From: Candidatus Calditenuis fumarioli
GTDB taxonomy: Archaea > Thermoproteota > Nitrososphaeria_A > Caldarchaeales > Calditenuaceae
Direction: 5' to 3'
Length of the DNA: 24,000 nucleotides
Assembly (NCBI GenBank): GCA_030059665.1
Contig: JANVYR010000002.1
Location: 480,617 to 504,616 of the forward strand
This document shows positions 22,256-24,000 of the stretch, one piece after another. The translations under genes were made by a program, and so were the position numbers. Numbering within the stretch: position 1 is the stretch's first letter; every line of letters starts with the position of its first letter. Below the pieces are notes generated by a model. The model saw only the letters and a list, made by a program, of their open reading frames with translations. It ran no database searches and was not told the origin of the DNA.

Positions 22256-22675
22256 CTACTCGGAGGAGGCCCTTCCCAGGAGCGCGAGGCCGAAGACCAG
22301 GGCGCCCATCAGGTGGGCGACGGTGCAGAAGACGCAGAAGCTTCCGATCACGAAGAACTCGAGGTATGTCAGGTAAGCGACGCCCATCAGCCCCAGAGCG
22401 CCCCAGTAGACCAGGTACCGCATGAGCGAGGGAGACCTCAAAGAGGCCAGCGAGAGAACCGAGGAGACCGCGAACCACGCGACGCCGTAGGCCGCGACCG
22501 GAACGCCCAGGAACCTCGAGTGCTCTCCGAGGATGACGGGACCGCAGGAGAGGAGCTGGTTGATCGAGCAGTAGGGGCTGGAGGCCACCTGCTCGGGGAA
22601 GAGGAGGTAGAGGCTGACGGAGAGGCCCGCGAGGGAGGCCGCGATCGTTCCCAGCGCGAAGGTCCGTCCCCTCAA
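22256..22675 (-). CDS. Vitamin K epoxide reductase (VKOR) family membrane protein (DsbB-like thiol oxidase)
   Basis: 139 aa from a TTG start (22673-22675) that overlaps the TGA stop of the upstream thioredoxin-like gene. It has four hydrophobic helices, the loop cysteine pair CSINQLLSC, LGVPVAAYG, and the active-site CVFC in the last helix. The track ORF 22256..22987 is the same frame extended upstream through the overlapping gene. Confidence 0.8.
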   Translation of the reverse strand: MRGRTFALGTIAASLAGLSVSLYLLFPEQVASSPYCSINQLLSCGPVILGEHSRFLGVPVAAYGVAWFAVSSVLSLASLRSPSLMRYLVYWGALGLMGVAYLTYLEFFVIGSFCVFCTVAHLMGALVFGLALLGRASSE

Positions 22676-23259
22676 CCCCTGAGGGCCTGCTCTATCGCGG
22701 ACTTGAGGGTATCGTAGGGCTGCTCCCCGATGAGCTTGGTGACGATCCTCCCGTCGCTGTCGATGACGAAGTAGGTCGGGGTTCCCGTGACGCCGTAGAG
22801 GGAGAAGACCGACATCCTCTCGTCGTAGAGGGCCGTCCAGCTGACGCCGTGCCTGCTGAGGAAGGACGCGGAGGCCGACGGGCTGGATCCGGAGCTCCCC
22901 ATCACCGTTACGAAGACCACTCCCTTCTGGGAGTACTCCTGGTAGAGGCGCTTGATGATGGGCGCCATGTTGTTGCAGTGGGGGCACCAGCTGAAGGCGA
23001 AGTCCAGGAAGACGACGGAGCCCCTCGTCGACGAGAACGTGAACTCCCTATCGGTCAGGCCCTCAGGCGTGATGACCTTGAGCTTGAAGTCCGGCGCCTC
23101 GATCCGTTCACCTGTCGAGGTCTGGGTCGTTGGGCTGACGGGTGCCGGCGGTATCGAGAGGAGGTACACCAAGATTCCCACCAGCAGCATCGCCGGGACG
23201 AACGCGACGGCTATGTACCACCTCGGCTCGCTCTTCGTCCGGCCCTTTTTCTTCGCCAT
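22672..23259 (-). CDS. Membrane-anchored thioredoxin-like protein (TlpA/ResA/redoxin family)
   Basis: WCPHC active site in VVFLDFAFSWCPHCNNMAP, plus YGVTGTPTYFVIDSDGRIV. There is an N-terminal basic stretch and one TM helix (MAKKKGRTKSEPRWYIAVAFVPAMLLVGILVYLL). I prefer ATG 23259 because ATATTTT (23284-23293) is centred about 29 nt upstream of it; the track start is 23307. Confidence 0.85.
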   Translation of the reverse strand: MAKKKGRTKSEPRWYIAVAFVPAMLLVGILVYLLSIPPAPVSPTTQTSTGERIEAPDFKLKVITPEGLTDREFTFSSTRGSVVFLDFAFSWCPHCNNMAPIIKRLYQEYSQKGVVFVTVMGSSGSSPSASASFLSRHGVSWTALYDERMSVFSLYGVTGTPTYFVIDSDGRIVTKLIGEQPYDTLKSAIEQALRG

Positions 23260-23283
23260 CTCCCACGTCGAGCCCCAACCGCT

Positions 23284-23293
23284 CAAAATATCC
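23284..23293. promoter_or_regulatory. A/T-rich element (CAAAATATCC) in the divergent spacer; candidate TATA box for the thioredoxin-like gene
   Basis: This is the only A/T-rich run between the divergent genes. It lies 25-34 nt from ATG 23259 on the minus strand. Confidence 0.3.
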
Positions 23294-23372
23294 TTTTTCC
23301 ACGCCATCGCACCTTCGCATCGACGCTCCCGGGACCCCTCCCGGCGACCCGACCTCGCAGCGCAGAAACGGG

Positions 23373-23837
23373 ATGACTTTTTCCCTCAGGCGGAGGGCCT
23401 CGTCGCGGATGCCGAGGCTGATCTTCTGCCTGAACGAGGGGACCTTCCTCTCGGAGCCGAGGCACGAGGTGACGTGGGAGGCGGTGACGGAGCTGGCGTG
23501 CGAGCTGCTCTCCGAGAAGCGCGACCTTCTGAGGCGATGGATGCGGCGCCACGTTGCGGCCAAGGACGAGGTCCAGGCCTGGACGGAGGCGTACTTCAAG
23601 GTCCGTAGCTACGTCCCGAAGCAGCCGGACTTCGACCTCTCCGAGTTCAGGACGCCGTTCGGATACGACCTCGAGCGGCTCGCGAAGAGGCTGGGAACCG
23701 ACGTCAGGAGGGCTTCGGTCTTCGTCAGGAAGCTGGACAAGGCGCTGATGCTGGCGGCTGCAGAGGAGGTCCTCGCGGGCATCAGGCACAGCAACCAGTT
23801 CGGCCACAGGATCGAGCTGAGGAAGGTCAGGAGCTGA
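23373..23837 (+). CDS. Hypothetical protein (about 154 aa)
   Basis: The plus frame shows backbone-like codon usage (AGG, GC3) and a mixed composition (…WEAVTELACELLSEKRDLL…FGYDLERLAKRLGTDVRRASVFVRKLDKALMLAAAEEVLAGIRHSNQFGHRIELRKV). The antisense 238-aa ORF is R/P-rich. The start is uncertain (ATG 23373 or 23409; the track ORF opens at 23142). Confidence 0.55.
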   Translation: MTFSLRRRASSRMPRLIFCLNEGTFLSEPRHEVTWEAVTELACELLSEKRDLLRRWMRRHVAAKDEVQAWTEAYFKVRSYVPKQPDFDLSEFRTPFGYDLERLAKRLGTDVRRASVFVRKLDKALMLAAAEEVLAGIRHSNQFGHRIELRKVRS

Positions 23838-23885
23838 CGCGCTAAGGTTAATCGATCCGCGCCGAGAACGAGGCGGAGGGATGGG

Positions 23886-24000
23886 ATGAGCGCTCCGGAG
23901 CAGGTGATCTACCTGAGCGTGCCCCCCGACAGGATAGCGGTCCTGATAGGCACCGATGGAGGGACCAAGAGGCTGATCGAGGAGACCTTCGGAGTGCACT
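23886..24000 (+). CDS. KH-domain RNA-binding protein (archaeal Dim2/Pno1-like), N-terminal fragment running off the window
   Basis: My translation is MSAPEQVIYLSVPPDRIAVLIGTDGGTKRLIEETFGVH, the typical KH start (IP.dRIgvlIGk.G.tkk.IEe.tgv). GGAGGG lies 7-12 nt upstream. Confidence 0.7.
   Translation, partial: MSAPEQVIYLSVPPDRIAVLIGTDGGTKRLIEETFGVH

Noticed and set aside
22676-22987. Upstream 104 codons of the 243-aa ORF containing the VKOR gene
   Set aside because: This part lies inside the thioredoxin-like gene in another frame and translates to R/Q/P-rich sequence. The VKOR membrane core begins right after the TTG at 22675.

Overview
Archaeal chromosome segment. The backbone is very GC-rich (about 70% in the one line I counted), with AGG/GC3 codon bias and TATA boxes about 27-30 nt from start codons. 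It also carries an Elf1 homologue, a bifunctional FBP aldolase/phosphatase, an archaeal-type AspRS and a two-intron tRNA. Together these suggest a thermophilic TACK/Thermoproteota-like lineage; nothing finer can be assigned from sequence alone.

Most of the window is housekeeping:
- partial radical-SAM enzyme, M50 site-2 protease, aspS, DhnA-type class I aldolase, ATP-dependent DNA ligase
- YjbQ-family protein, MFS transporter, polyprenol-kinase-like membrane protein
- hisB, two tandem TenA-family genes, elf1-rps10-truD
- FBP aldolase/phosphatase, a thioredoxin-like/VKOR pair, and a partial KH-domain protein

The standout is a compositionally deviant accessory island of about 6.3 kb (6554-12837) built around a tRNA-Lys(UUU) gene.
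- On the tRNA 3' side lies a 1440-aa single-gene DUF4011 / SF1 helicase / DUF559(Vsr-like) nuclease, a candidate Hhe-like defence gene.
- On the 5' side lies a 1.57-kb low-GC insertion bracketed by direct repeats of the tRNA 5' end.
- That insertion carries one 313-aa ORF with an IS110-like DEDD motif pattern and about 315-nt non-coding arms.
- Repeat identity stops exactly at a non-canonical D-arm intron of the tRNA.

A degenerate CRISPR-like repeat pair sits in the 470-bp spacer upstream of hisB. All functional calls rest on motif recognition by eye; no database searches were run.
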